The notes beneath the pieces were generated by a model. That model was given only the letters and a program-made list of their open reading frames with translations. It made no database searches and was not told where the DNA came from. The position numbers and the translations under genes are program-made. 64,000 bases of DNA from a virus (lineage: Duplodnaviria > Caudoviricetes): IMG/VR virus record IMGVR_UViG_2609460236_000001, positions 1 to 64,000 of that record. The stretch is one strand, 5' to 3'. Positions 27,323 through 36,746 of the stretch are shown here, piece after piece. Numbering within the stretch: position 1 is the first letter of the stretch; each line of letters opens with the position of its first letter.

Positions 27323-28081
27323 TCAGTCGAGAAGGTCTTGCACTATCTCTTGGATGACACCATCCATGTAGATGGCCTGCCCGGTCGTGCAGCGGCCCCA
27401 CACGATGAGACCGCAAATGTCGCGATTTATCATCTCACCCCGCTCTTCGAGCTTTCCGGCGAGCCAGCCCGAGACGATCCAATGCTCGTAGGCTTCGCAG
27501 GTATCCGGGTCGATATTGTTCGTTTCGCACGCTGCACGCCATGCTTCTTGTTCGTCGTTGTACCAGTCGTCGGCGTAGTGCTTGTTGAGGTACGCGGTCA
27601 ACACTGCGTGTTCAGTTTCCGCTTCGAAGAACATTCCATCGGTATCGCCGCTGTCTTCACGCGCCTTCGCGCTTGCGATGATTTCGCTGATCTTTGCCTG
27701 ATCGGGCGCATCCAGTTCATTGATCTCGTCCACTGACTCTTCCGGGATGACATAGAACTTCCCAGCGTGTTCGAAGTATTCGAGGTTGTCGAGAGTGAGA
27801 TTCCCTTTTACGTCGTCTTCCGGCTGAAGCGCGACGTACTCACGACATTCGTTCTCGAACAAGACGTAGTCTTCGTGTTCTGCTGCGGACTTATGGTCGT
27901 CTTGAACGCAGATCCCGAACAGCTCATCCTGGTCGACACTTACCTCACGCAGCACGTGCGGATTGGCACTAGCGACCAGCTTGCTGAGGTCGCTGATCAA
28001 CATGCTGACACACGCATGCACTTCTTCTCGGACGAGCTGACGCGCGCGCTCGTCGAGCGCGGACTTATCAATATTGGTCAT
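27323..28081 (-). CDS. Acidic hypothetical phage protein
   Basis: 252 aa, D/E-rich core; C-terminal EHWIVS.WLA.KL...WGRCTTGQAI. Confidence 0.75.
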   Translation of the reverse strand: MTNIDKSALDERARQLVREEVHACVSMLISDLSKLVASANPHVLREVSVDQDELFGICVQDDHKSAAEHEDYVLFENECREYVALQPEDDVKGNLTLDNLEYFEHAGKFYVIPEESVDEINELDAPDQAKISEIIASAKAREDSGDTDGMFFEAETEHAVLTAYLNKHYADDWYNDEQEAWRAACETNNIDPDTCEAYEHWIVSGWLAGKLEERGEMINRDICGLIVWGRCTTGQAIYMDGVIQEIVQDLLD

Positions 28082-28159
28082 CGTTGTTGTGGTGGTGGTT
28101 TGTTAGCAGATTCGGTGAACGAGGCGCGTGGCCAGACGCGCCTCGTTCAACTTGAACTT

Positions 28160-28390
28160 TCAGATTGCAGCTGCCATCGAGGCTTGAGCTTCGCGCTGGT
28201 ATTGGCGCTCGTCATCAGAGACGTGCGCAGCCAAGCGGGCTTCGCGTGCCTCAAGCTTCGCGACTTCGGCCTGGAAATGTTCGAGTGCGCCACGCGCTTC
28301 GAGCAGCGCGAGGCGTGTCATGCGAAGTTGGTTCTTCGCTTCCTTAGCGGGCGACTTGCCGGTGAACATCGTGATGATTGCACTCAACAT
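28160..28390 (-). CDS. Small coiled-coil protein
   Basis: GAGG RBS, heptad-rich. Confidence 0.65.
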   Translation of the reverse strand: MLSAIITMFTGKSPAKEAKNQLRMTRLALLEARGALEHFQAEVAKLEAREARLAAHVSDDERQYQREAQASMAAAI

Positions 28391-28412
28391 GGTGATTACC
28401 TCGGTGTGGTGG

Positions 28413-28685
28413 TTATGCTTTCCGCTCGATACAGAGGAGGTAGCGAATCTCCCCGACGCGCGTCGCCATAACTGCGGTGAAAAGATTTGTACTAAATTTC
28501 GAGTCGCGCATTTCTGCCGGCCTACGGCTGGCGGGGGTATTGATGGTCCGCATCAACTGCGGATAGCCTTCAACAGTCGTTTCTATGTAGTGGCGTTCGC
28601 CTACTTCCATCATGGATAGCATTTCGTTCCATGATCCGGCTCTTACCCCGTAGGACTTTCGGGGGCTAACGTCCATCTTTCTCAT
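28413..28685 (-). CDS. Hypothetical protein
   Basis: 90 aa in operon. Confidence 0.65.
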   Translation of the reverse strand: MRKMDVSPRKSYGVRAGSWNEMLSMMEVGERHYIETTVEGYPQLMRTINTPASRRPAEMRDSKFSTNLFTAVMATRVGEIRYLLCIERKA

Positions 28686-28688
28686 CTT

Positions 28689-29363
28689 CTACCCTTGGTG
28701 TATCAACCCGTCGTCGCCGATGTACAGCTCTCGGTTCCCGGCCTGACGTGCGGCGTCGGACAGCTGGTCGCGCAAATCGCGCGGAAGCTGGCTGCGATCC
28801 CAATAGCCGGCACCGTGGCCAGCGCGGGTGAGCCAAAAATCGTGTCCGGCCTGGACCGCTCCATAGCCGGTGCAATCAATTGCACGGCGCAACTGCGGCT
28901 CGGCGAAGTCGCAGAAGTCCTTGCAATCCTCGCGGAACTTCGTTTTCGTCTCGTAGTGCAGCTCGTAACCGTCTTCGAGATGCACCGCTTCCTCCTCCCC
29001 ATCGTCGTTTTTGATTGTGTCGATGCTCGACCACAACGCGGCCTCTTCGTAGCCCGTCAAGAACTCCTCAAACCAGCGTTCACGTGGCGTGTCCATGATT
29101 TCCGCGTTCGGATACAGTTCACGAACATCTTCCAGTACATCCCAGCGGTCTTTGCCGCGCAGGAAGAACTCCACGTCCCCCTCGGGCTCGATAGCCCGCC
29201 ACAGCGGCTCTCCCGCGCCCCAGTACGCCCCACCTTCGTCGTAGTCGCCATCGACGAATGGGCAGTGATGGACGATCAGCTTGATGTGGGCATCGTAGTC
29301 GCCGTGGGTGTCGCGGCGACCCTTCGGTGCGCCGCGGCTGCTGCTCACGTCGCTCAATTTCAT
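28689..29363 (-). CDS. Two-domain hypothetical phage protein
   Basis: GDYDEGGAYWG motif N-terminally, QAGHDFWLTRAGHGAGYWDR C-terminally. Confidence 0.75.
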   Translation of the reverse strand: MKLSDVSSSRGAPKGRRDTHGDYDAHIKLIVHHCPFVDGDYDEGGAYWGAGEPLWRAIEPEGDVEFFLRGKDRWDVLEDVRELYPNAEIMDTPRERWFEEFLTGYEEAALWSSIDTIKNDDGEEEAVHLEDGYELHYETKTKFREDCKDFCDFAEPQLRRAIDCTGYGAVQAGHDFWLTRAGHGAGYWDRSQLPRDLRDQLSDAARQAGNRELYIGDDGLIHQG

Positions 29364-29845
29364 TGTTGGTCCGCAACCAGTTCATCGGGCACGTCCACCT
29401 CAGCGCCGAGCTTCGAGGCGACGAAGCAGCGCATCGCGGCGATGAGCGGCGTCCCACCGATGAAGCGCTGCCGGCGCTTGTGGACCGCCCACGACTCCAC
29501 GCCGTAGCGTTCGCCGCCGCGCGCCGTCATCTCTTCCCAACGGGCGGTTGTGTCGTTGCCGAGATCCGCACTCGTCATCGCGTACCAGTTACCGGTCTTC
29601 GTGTGCTTGCGGGTCGCGATGCCTTCGCGCTCGACGATCTCGAATCCCTGGTCTCGGTCGGTTGACGGCGTGTAGCCTCGGCCGATCTTGGTCATGAGGC
29701 CTTTCGGCGTCTTGTCCCATATCCAGTAGCCAGCTTCCGACCCGCTCTTGAACCCCATCGGGTCGTGGACAATCGGCTTGCCCTCGACTTTGGCAACTGC
29801 CCAGTCGAGCGTCGCGCCGAGCAGTTCGTGTGTCTTGATCTTCAT
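29360..29845 (-). CDS. NinX / DUF2591-like protein
   Basis: K..EL.G..LDWAVAK.EG...Y.PST...G.TPLIAAMRC.VASKLG. Confidence 0.8.
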   Translation of the reverse strand: MKIKTHELLGATLDWAVAKVEGKPIVHDPMGFKSGSEAGYWIWDKTPKGLMTKIGRGYTPSTDRDQGFEIVEREGIATRKHTKTGNWYAMTSADLGNDTTARWEEMTARGGERYGVESWAVHKRRQRFIGGTPLIAAMRCFVASKLGAEVDVPDELVADQQ

Positions 29846-29848
29846 GGG

Positions 29849-30247
29849 TTATGCCCCCGTGCCGCTCAAGACGGCCTCTGCTTGTTCGATGGCGGCGGAA
29901 ATTCGACTGCAGCGGCAGTCGCAGGCCTTGTTGAACTCCGACTCAGCTGCGCACATAGAATGGTGCGTGATGTGTTGCCGCGCTTCCTTCAACGAGTCGA
30001 GCAGCTTTTCACTCGCCTGTTCAAGCTGCCAGATGCGGTAGCGCAGTTGCTCCTTGTCGGCTTCTTCACGCGTCAGCGTGTGCAGCAGCAGCTCGGCCTC
30101 TTCCTTTTTCAGTAGCTCGTCGCTGTAGCGGCCACCACCCTTTGCACGGGAGATGATGTAACGCGGCGGTTCGCCGACACATTGCAGGGTTTCGATCGTG
30201 AACGGATGTGTTGTGAAGTAACGGACGGGTTCTTTCATGATCACCAC
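29849..30247 (-). CDS. Hypothetical protein
   Basis: About 130 aa in operon. Confidence 0.6.
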   Translation of the reverse strand: MVIMKEPVRYFTTHPFTIETLQCVGEPPRYIISRAKGGGRYSDELLKKEEAELLLHTLTREEADKEQLRYRIWQLEQASEKLLDSLKEARQHITHHSMCAAESEFNKACDCRCSRISAAIEQAEAVLSGTGA

Positions 30248-30906
30248 CGTTGAATGTCAGCGCTGCCCAAACCGAGCAGGTTGCACTTTTCGCGGATGAA
30301 CGTGAGGACCTCGTTCAGGGTCTTCATTGCCGGCAGGGCCTCGCGGCAGAAGTCGGAGCCGTCATCGGACTTGAAGACGATCTGCCACTTCACACCAACG
30401 TAATGGAAGGTGTTCTCGGCGAGCGCGCGGTTGTAGCTGTGTGTGACCTTGATCGGCCGCGGCGCGCGCGGCTCGGGGCGCTTAGCGGAATCGATCAGCT
30501 CGGCAATCTTGCGATTCGCGAACTCGTCGACATCACTGAGGTAATTCTGCTGCTCGTCCTCGCTGCGCGATTCCCAGTCGGCATCGAACTCGTCGGCCCA
30601 GGTCTTCACGAGGTCGCTCAATCCACGCGAGCCGTCATGGTGGTCCAGGATGTCGCCGGTCAGCTGGTCCGAGAACGTATTCCAGCGGTTGCCCAGGGTG
30701 AACGAGAGGTCGAAGATGATCTCCTGCTTGCGCAACAGTTCCGGGTGTTCATTGACGGCCTGCTTGATGTACGCGGCGTGCTCTTTCATCTGCGGCGTAC
30801 GGTCGAACTCGCAGATCACCTGCTCGCCGACCTCCTTGAGCAGCAGGCCCGTGCCATCGTGGTCGGACTCGGACAGGATGAGCGGGGTCTTGAAGGGGCT
30901 GCTCAT
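30241..30906 (-). CDS. Hypothetical protein
   Basis: 221 aa, ATGA coupling. Confidence 0.7.
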   Translation of the reverse strand: MSSPFKTPLILSESDHDGTGLLLKEVGEQVICEFDRTPQMKEHAAYIKQAVNEHPELLRKQEIIFDLSFTLGNRWNTFSDQLTGDILDHHDGSRGLSDLVKTWADEFDADWESRSEDEQQNYLSDVDEFANRKIAELIDSAKRPEPRAPRPIKVTHSYNRALAENTFHYVGVKWQIVFKSDDGSDFCREALPAMKTLNEVLTFIREKCNLLGLGSADIQRW

Positions 30907-31367
30907 TGCAACGCTTCCTTGCCGAGCGCCAGCACGGCCTGAGCGTTCGCGATCATCTGCGGATTCGCGATCGAGTCGTCATGCCAGTCGTCGATCGAAA
31001 GCATGCCGTCGAGTGCGTCGACCAGTTGCTTGGTGAGAGCGAGATTGTCTGCCGGCGCGATTCCCCCGAACTGGTTCAGGTTGAACCATTCGACACGGCC
31101 CGCCTGGGTGACGATGGCCATCAGGCCTTCTTTGGTGACGAGCTTTCCAGCCTCAACCGCACCGCGGTCTGCGAGCTGAGCCATCTTCTTGCCCAGGATC
31201 GATTCGCGTTCCTTCCTGAAGTGGTCGTTCATCTGGTCGACTTTCTTCGCGAGATCGAACAGTTCCGCTTCAGCGTGCTTCTTGCCTTCTTCGGTGCCAT
31301 CGCGCAACGAAGCGACGAGCACGCCCATGACGCCCGACCAAGTCGGGGTCAATACGATAGTTTTCAT
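30903..31367 (-). CDS. Hypothetical protein
   Basis: Likely start MKTIVLTPTW at 31367. Confidence 0.7.
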   Translation of the reverse strand: MKTIVLTPTWSGVMGVLVASLRDGTEEGKKHAEAELFDLAKKVDQMNDHFRKERESILGKKMAQLADRGAVEAGKLVTKEGLMAIVTQAGRVEWFNLNQFGGIAPADNLALTKQLVDALDGMLSIDDWHDDSIANPQMIANAQAVLALGKEALQ

Positions 31368-31392
31368 GGTGTGTGGTGGTGATGGGGGGTAT

Positions 31393-31424
31393 AAAAAAGA
31401 GCGCACTGGCCAGAGCGCACTCTT
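31393..31424 (-). terminator. Probable terminator
   Basis: Stem with G-U pairs plus U-run on the minus strand. Confidence 0.55.
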
Positions 31425-31443
31425 CCTTAATCAACCGGCTGAA

Positions 31444-31806
31444 TCAGTGCAGGAACGCCCTCGAAGCGATCTGCGCAGCGGTCGCGAGAATCGTCAAGGT
31501 CACGAGCCACGTGACCATCGAGGTTTTCGCTTTCTCGATTTCGACACGGAACTCTCCACGCGCCTCCGAGAGGCCGAGCTTCATGTCTGCGCGGACGTTG
31601 TCGATCTCACGACGCAGATCGGTACGCGTCGCGTCGACCTTCTGCTCAACCGCCGTCTGCATGTTGAGTAGGTCTTGCTTTGTCGCCAAGGTCTGGTCGA
31701 TCGCATCAGCCAGCGCCTCGGCTTGCATCACCGCAGTCTCGCGCGGGACCCCACCTTGTTCGAGGCGCTTGACGTAAGCCAAGGTGTCGAAAGCGACAGA
31801 CATCAT
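31444..31806 (-). CDS. DUF1640 / CCDC90-like coiled-coil membrane-anchored protein
   Basis: FDTL.YVKRL...G.P...A...LATKQDL, coiled coil, C-terminal TM helix; AGGAG RBS. Confidence 0.82.
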   Translation of the reverse strand: MMSVAFDTLAYVKRLEQGGVPRETAVMQAEALADAIDQTLATKQDLLNMQTAVEQKVDATRTDLRREIDNVRADMKLGLSEARGEFRVEIEKAKTSMVTWLVTLTILATAAQIASRAFLH

Positions 31807-31840
31807 GATTTCTCCTTGTACTTTGTAAGGTGATTCTACG

Positions 31841-32056
31841 CTATGCGGAAGCGGTTTCGGGAGCGCAGCGGCCCCAGTTGCTGACTACTTTGTGGCTGGT
31901 CGCCGTCGTGCGCTCGACGTAGCCATACCCGCCCTCGTTGGCGAGCTGCTTGGCATGGGTCTCAGCGTTCCTCTGCGACCGGAATTCCCGGACGCGGTAC
32001 TTGCCGGCCGTGGTCGTGAAGCGGGTGCGGTAGATCGGTTTGCTCATATCTTTCAC
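31841..32056 (-). CDS. Hypothetical protein
   Basis: About 70 aa, coupled. Confidence 0.55.
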   Translation of the reverse strand: MKDMSKPIYRTRFTTTAGKYRVREFRSQRNAETHAKQLANEGGYGYVERTTATSHKVVSNWGRCAPETASA

Positions 32057-32259
32057 GATGTGAAATTCGGATCATGCAGGGTGCGCCACGCGGCATCCCG
32101 AGCCTTTCGGCCCGACATCCCCTGCCTCTTGAACTGTTCGGTCAGCTGCCGGCGCGCACGCCGGTCGGCCATGTCCGGGTTCGCGTACAGGTCCAGCTCC
32201 AGTTCAGCGATACGCGCTTCCAGGCGCTGGATGTACTCCAGCAGTTGCTCGGGGTTCAT
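32053..32259 (-). CDS. Hypothetical protein
   Basis: 68 aa, GAGG RBS. Confidence 0.65.
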   Translation of the reverse strand: MNPEQLLEYIQRLEARIAELELDLYANPDMADRRARRQLTEQFKRQGMSGRKARDAAWRTLHDPNFTS

Positions 32260-32585
32260 CCGTGCGCCTCTTCCAACTGGTTGGCCAGTTCAGTAGCCCC
32301 TTTGAGGACTTCTTCCAGGCACACGTGGTGATCGGAGATCACGTCCCACCCGTCATTTCCGTAGACCAGGTGAACCGACCCGACGTGCGTACCGTCTTTC
32401 CAGAGGCGCAGATACTCTTCTTCACATGCGAACAGCGCGGCGAGGATCTTGTCCTTGTCGGTGCTCTTCGAAATCGCAGTGCCTTCTCCGTCGAATACAC
32501 TCAGCTTGAACCCCGCGGCCAAGGCGTCGACGACGATCTTTTCGACGATCTGCTTCTCGATCGCGATTCGTTGTTGTACGTTCAT
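32256..32585 (-). CDS. Hypothetical phage protein
   Basis: LVYGNDGWDVISD motif; AAGGATCAACAC-ATG. Confidence 0.75.
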   Translation of the reverse strand: MNVQQRIAIEKQIVEKIVVDALAAGFKLSVFDGEGTAISKSTDKDKILAALFACEEEYLRLWKDGTHVGSVHLVYGNDGWDVISDHHVCLEEVLKGATELANQLEEAHG

Positions 32586-32600
32586 GTGTTGATCCTTGGT

Positions 32601-32891
32601 TCAACTTGCACTTGCACTTGCGACGTGCAGCCGCCGGTTATCGAAGGCAAAGTTCTCGGCTTCGTCCAGCCCTGCGTTGAAGGGGCCGATCACGTCATAG
32701 ACCAGCACTGATTTCGCACCGTTCGCAAACAGCTGCAACGCCTTCGTATCGCGACTGGTTTCCTGGTAGTGCGTGTCGATCGACCACTCGTCCTTCTCGT
32801 TGATCCACTCGACCGCATAGAAGGTTCGCGTCTCATCACTTGTGAAGTCGAGCGAGGGAAGGCGCTGGATTTTGGGGTTGTTCAGGCTCAT
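32601..32891 (-). CDS. Hypothetical protein (MSLNNP start)
   Basis: 96 aa; stop lies inside a palindromic site. Confidence 0.65.
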   Translation of the reverse strand: MSLNNPKIQRLPSLDFTSDETRTFYAVEWINEKDEWSIDTHYQETSRDTKALQLFANGAKSVLVYDVIGPFNAGLDEAENFAFDNRRLHVASASAS

Positions 32892-33169
32892 TCAACGCTC
32901 CCGAATTGACGCTCGATGGCGTGAATCTCCATCGGGTTGTGCTCACGCAGGTACGCCAGTGCCTTCTTGTGATACTCGCTACCTACTCGCGCCTGATCGA
33001 CCACGAACTTCCATGCGACATAATCGTTGAGGAACACGTCGTCATCGTCACAGCACTGGAGCTGATACCGGCCGCATTCAGAACCATCGCAGGTGAAGAT
33101 CGACCAGCCCTCTCCGACCGCCTGCTCATTGTCGAACTCGCGCGGGGTGTTGGGGTTGTTCAGGCTCAT
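32888..33169 (-). CDS. Hypothetical protein (MSLNNP start)
   Basis: 93 aa; EGWSIF...LQ..D....F..D..AW. Confidence 0.7.
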   Translation of the reverse strand: MSLNNPNTPREFDNEQAVGEGWSIFTCDGSECGRYQLQCCDDDDVFLNDYVAWKFVVDQARVGSEYHKKALAYLREHNPMEIHAIERQFGSVE

Positions 33170-33345
33170 TGCGGTGCATCTCCCTCATGAGCGGTAGCGG
33201 GGCCACTGCTCTCGTAGTCGAAAGCTTCGGAACCCTGCTGTTCGAATACGTCCAGTGCGGCCTTCTTCGCTTCTTCCACGTTGGACGCTTCGAAGTCGCA
33301 CGTGTAGTACGTCGGCCGCGCGACAGTGATGGTGAATCTAGTCAT
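33166..33345 (-). CDS. 59-aa hypothetical protein (below the ORF-track cutoff)
   Basis: GAGGTG RBS; MTRFTITV...FEASNVEEAKKAA; stop overlaps the next start. Confidence 0.65.
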   Translation of the reverse strand: MTRFTITVARPTYYTCDFEASNVEEAKKAALDVFEQQGSEAFDYESSGPATAHEGDAPQ

Positions 33346-33356
33346 ATTTTTTCACC

Positions 33357-34118
33357 TCACATAACCTGGAGACGGACAACACCTGTAACGGTGTCACGTT
33401 GCGCCCAGTACAGGGCTTCAGCCGCTTCTCGTGCGTCGGCCTGACGCTCGTCGGCGAGTTCGGCTAGGAACTCGCCGATATGTTCGTGCGCGACTTCCTT
33501 GATGTAGTCGTAGGCATTGCTCTCGATACCCCATAGATCCTTCGACACCAAATAGTCGAGTTCCACATCGGTGTCGGGGTCGTGGTCCGCCTTGCCGAGA
33601 TACATGACGCACACGCCGACGTAGTTCCACTGGTCGTTGCACCAGCCACGCAGGAACTCGTAGTCGCGGCGTACCGCCTCGGCACGAATCTCGCCTCGCG
33701 TAAGTGGCTTTTTCGGATCTCGCCCGGGGAGCGCCACTGTTTCAACTTGATCCGCACTGTACTTGTAGATGTGCGAGACAAACCCGCGTTGCACGATGGT
33801 TGGCTTTTCGCCCTTCCGAATCCTGCGCACGGTTCGGGGTCGAGCCAAGTGCTCGATCAGCTCAGCCTTCGCCTTGTCGCTCAAGCCCCACCCGTCTCGC
33901 TTCGCGATCTTGTTGGCTTCCTGGACGTCGTAGAAGCGCTTGCTACCACTATCGGTGTTCAAGATACGTTCACCGGGGCGCTTGTCACGTCGCGTCCATT
34001 CGGAAACCGGCCCATGTCCGTCAAAGTTTTTCCACGGCTCGCCGTTGTCGCAGTCGTCTCGCAGAAATACCTTGAAGACGTAGCCTTCCTTCTCGATCAC
34101 TTCGCCGTCGTAGATCAT
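33357..34118 (-). CDS. Hypothetical phage protein (intact paralog of 25585-26295)
   Basis: PW...DGHGPVSEW..RDKRPGE...RFYD...LRGWCNDQW.YVGV. Confidence 0.8.
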   Translation of the reverse strand: MIYDGEVIEKEGYVFKVFLRDDCDNGEPWKNFDGHGPVSEWTRRDKRPGERILNTDSGSKRFYDVQEANKIAKRDGWGLSDKAKAELIEHLARPRTVRRIRKGEKPTIVQRGFVSHIYKYSADQVETVALPGRDPKKPLTRGEIRAEAVRRDYEFLRGWCNDQWNYVGVCVMYLGKADHDPDTDVELDYLVSKDLWGIESNAYDYIKEVAHEHIGEFLAELADERQADAREAAEALYWAQRDTVTGVVRLQVM

Positions 34119-34393
34119 TCGTGACCTCCGTACGCCGATTCGATCGGCTTCCCTGAGTGGACACAGACCATGTTCGTGTCTTCCCAGTTGATGTCCATTG
34201 CGATCACCTTCCAGCCGCCGTGCTTGTCATTGGCGATGATCGCGTCGCGGACAAGACCTGCGTTCTCCTGCGCAGCTTTGAATGAAAGCGCCTCGCAGTC
34301 CGATGTGATGAAGTAGCACGGATAGCCGCCCGGCCAGGCGTAGGGACCGTGGGCCATTGCCTTGTTGAAGTCGAAGACGTGGCGGATATTCAT
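34115..34393 (-). CDS. Hypothetical phage protein
   Basis: YAWPGGYP motif...INWED...IESAYG. Confidence 0.75.
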   Translation of the reverse strand: MNIRHVFDFNKAMAHGPYAWPGGYPCYFITSDCEALSFKAAQENAGLVRDAIIANDKHGGWKVIAMDINWEDTNMVCVHSGKPIESAYGGHE

Positions 34394-34620
34394 GACTGGA
34401 ACGTCCCTTCAACGTACTGACCGCGTAGAAATTCGACGATTGTTGAATCCTTGGCATGTCGGGCTTCTCCTACGGAGTAGTCAATCAGGAGCGAGTTGTC
34501 GCTGCTGCCGCTACCACACGGATGTGTGATGGGTCGCAGAAGCTCGTTGACTGCGTCATAGGTATCTTGGTCAGTGCGCGCATCAACGAGAAGTGTGACT
34601 GTGACGATCTTCACGTGCAT
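34390..34620 (-). CDS. Hypothetical protein
   Basis: 76 aa, GAGGAG RBS. Confidence 0.6.
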   Translation of the reverse strand: MHVKIVTVTLLVDARTDQDTYDAVNELLRPITHPCGSGSSDNSLLIDYSVGEARHAKDSTIVEFLRGQYVEGTFQS

Positions 34621-34624
34621 CTCC

Positions 34625-34933
34625 TCAGAAGATGTATTCTTCGTTGTGATACACCGTCAGCGCCACCGGGGTGTCGGCTGTCGTATAGGCGTTGTAGGTG
34701 ATGCCCGTAACCTTCGCACCGGTCTCTTTCTCGAATCGGGAGATATCCCGCTTGATATGCTCGCTCAGCTTAAATTGGAGCACATCCCGAGCGAGTTTCA
34801 CCTCTCGCTTTGTGTACGGCGCAGGAGGTTCAACTTGAACCGTTGCGTCCGTGGTGAGTTTTTCGACAGCAGCCGCAGCCAATGCGTTTGCGTGGTCTTC
34901 ATTCGTGTTCGTGGCCAGTTCTTGGGTGCTCAT
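34625..34933 (-). CDS. Hypothetical protein
   Basis: Start MSTQELA after GGATCAAAAC. Confidence 0.65.
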   Translation of the reverse strand: MSTQELATNTNEDHANALAAAAVEKLTTDATVQVEPPAPYTKREVKLARDVLQFKLSEHIKRDISRFEKETGAKVTGITYNAYTTADTPVALTVYHNEEYIF

Positions 34934-34959
34934 GTTTTGATCCGTGGTGGTGAATCGTT

Positions 34960-35178
34960 TTAGATTTGCTTCAGTACCGTAGCGCTGCTGTTGTCCGGGT
35001 CTGCACGACACAATCGCAAATACGCCGCCCCCATCTCGCGCGCTTTCTTGGAGGTCGGGAAACGTGCCGCCTCAGCGAAGTTGTATGTACCGCCGTAACC
35101 TCGGGGGTCATCGCCTTGACCGCATAAAAATCCGCCGTTTGACTTGTTGTGGTAAAACACGACGAACCCCTTGGTCAT
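34960..35178 (-). CDS. Hypothetical protein
   Basis: 72 aa, coupled. Confidence 0.6.
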   Translation of the reverse strand: MTKGFVVFYHNKSNGGFLCGQGDDPRGYGGTYNFAEAARFPTSKKAREMGAAYLRLCRADPDNSSATVLKQI

Positions 35179-35819
35179 GCTGGCACTCCCTCGCGCTCCT
35201 CACGCACCCTGTCGTAGCTCGGGTCGCTGTACTTCGCGAAGAGATGCGGGAACGCTTCCTCGATTCGTCGACAGTTCGACATGTCAGCGTTGATCCATGC
35301 GTGGGCGATCTTTCGGGCGAACTCGCCCGCAAAGTCCCGCATGTTGAATGCCATCCGTTGCCGATCCGCGTATGGTCGCGATGAGATCGGATGCGGACGC
35401 TGCTTCAGGCACATGCGACCATGCTGTGCGTACATGGCTGCGAGACGCTGTTCGTGGGTCTCCTGCATACCTGCGAAATGCTCGAGCATCGCCGTCAGGT
35501 GGAGAATCACGTCACGTTCGTTGAGGGATTCGGCTCGATCGGTTACGGTCCGCTGGTCCTCCAGCTCGTAATACCAGGCCTTGCGCAGACGCGGGCCGTC
35601 CTCGTGGTTCTTGATGACCATGCCGCACTGCTTGGCCATGTTGTCGATGAGCACGTCGAGCGGCAGGTTCACGTCGCGTTGTTCATCGTTCAGTTGCTCG
35701 AACACGCTTGCAGTAAGCACGATCTGCAATGCACGTTCGACGTAGGGTGCGCGCTGGCCAGCATCGCTCATCATCTCTTCGAAACTTTCAAACGGGCCGT
35801 AGGTGGTGGTGTTGCCCAT
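35175..35819 (-). CDS. Hypothetical protein
   Basis: Start MGNTTT; C-terminal M....G.FA..IA.AW..AD..N..RI..AFP.LF.KY. Confidence 0.7.
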   Translation of the reverse strand: MGNTTTYGPFESFEEMMSDAGQRAPYVERALQIVLTASVFEQLNDEQRDVNLPLDVLIDNMAKQCGMVIKNHEDGPRLRKAWYYELEDQRTVTDRAESLNERDVILHLTAMLEHFAGMQETHEQRLAAMYAQHGRMCLKQRPHPISSRPYADRQRMAFNMRDFAGEFARKIAHAWINADMSNCRRIEEAFPHLFAKYSDPSYDRVREEREGVPA

Positions 35820-35836
35820 GATGTTTGATCCTTGGT

Positions 35837-36115
35837 TCAAGTTGAACCAATCAGAGCGTCAAACTCTTCTTGGTCAAGGTGGTAGTTGCGTTGCGATTGC
35901 GCGTCCCCTGTTACGAGGCGTGCCGCGTCCTCCCATGTTTCAGCAGTGTTTCGCTTACAACCATAGACAAAGTAGTCCCAATGCCCGTCTTCACGCGGCA
36001 CGATGAAGACCGGAAGGCCCTTCACCAGCGCGCAATCAACGATCGGCTTGCCCGTGATGCTCGGGCATTGACCTTTTCGCCATTCAACGGGATTGGGCCG
36101 ACGCGAGAACCACAT
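35837..36115 (-). CDS. Hypothetical protein
   Basis: AGGAGG RBS; ends IGST* inside a palindrome. Confidence 0.65.
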   Translation of the reverse strand: MWFSRRPNPVEWRKGQCPSITGKPIVDCALVKGLPVFIVPREDGHWDYFVYGCKRNTAETWEDAARLVTGDAQSQRNYHLDQEEFDALIGST

Positions 36116-36136
36116 GACCCCTCCTAGAAAATCCGA

Positions 36137-36427
36137 TCAGTTATAGACCGGCTCCAGCGGCAGATGCGTTGCCGCGCTGCTGAACTCCTGCAGAACGTCG
36201 CGGATGACTCGCGCGTTGCGTCGATTGAGAAGCAGCGTCGCGCACATGCGATCGAACGTTACCTGCTCGATCTTGCTCGTGATCGCGCCATGCTCTTCTT
36301 GATAGAACTTGAGCAGGCGTTGCCTGAGTTTTGCCGGTACGGTGGTTGAGCATTCGTGTTCGGCACACTCACGCTGCGTGGCAAACTCCCTGCCGTCCGA
36401 ACTGGTGTACTTGCGGATCTCGCGCAT
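36137..36427 (-). CDS. Hypothetical protein (Y..DG..F...HE motif)
   Basis: Likely start MREIRK at 36427. Confidence 0.6.
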   Translation of the reverse strand: MREIRKYTSSDGREFATQRECAEHECSTTVPAKLRQRLLKFYQEEHGAITSKIEQVTFDRMCATLLLNRRNARVIRDVLQEFSSAATHLPLEPVYN

Positions 36428-36431
36428 CGCA

Positions 36432-36746
36432 CTACCCCTGGCAAGGTTGCGACTGGGAATGCTGGGTGGCCTGCTGTACGAACTCCAACCCGTCGAGTTC
36501 GGCCCTGCCACTCTTGATCTGATCAAGGATCGTCTCGACGTGCCGGAGGTTGTTAATGACCCCGTCGACGATCTTCATAAGCGGCTCGTCCTGCAACGCA
36601 ACGCCGCACGACGCCTTCGCATACTCGTCGTTGATGATCTGCGCCAGGTTGTCGGGCAATACCACGGTCACTTCGTGGCGCAGTGCCTCGACGTAGTTGG
36701 TGAACTGCCGGCCATCGGCCGTCACATATGTCTCGATAGTCTTCAT
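36432..36746 (-). CDS. Hypothetical protein (Y..DG..F...HE motif)
   Basis: 104 aa; N-terminus similar to the downstream gene. Confidence 0.65.
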   Translation of the reverse strand: MKTIETYVTADGRQFTNYVEALRHEVTVVLPDNLAQIINDEYAKASCGVALQDEPLMKIVDGVINNLRHVETILDQIKSGRAELDGLEFVQQATQHSQSQPCQG

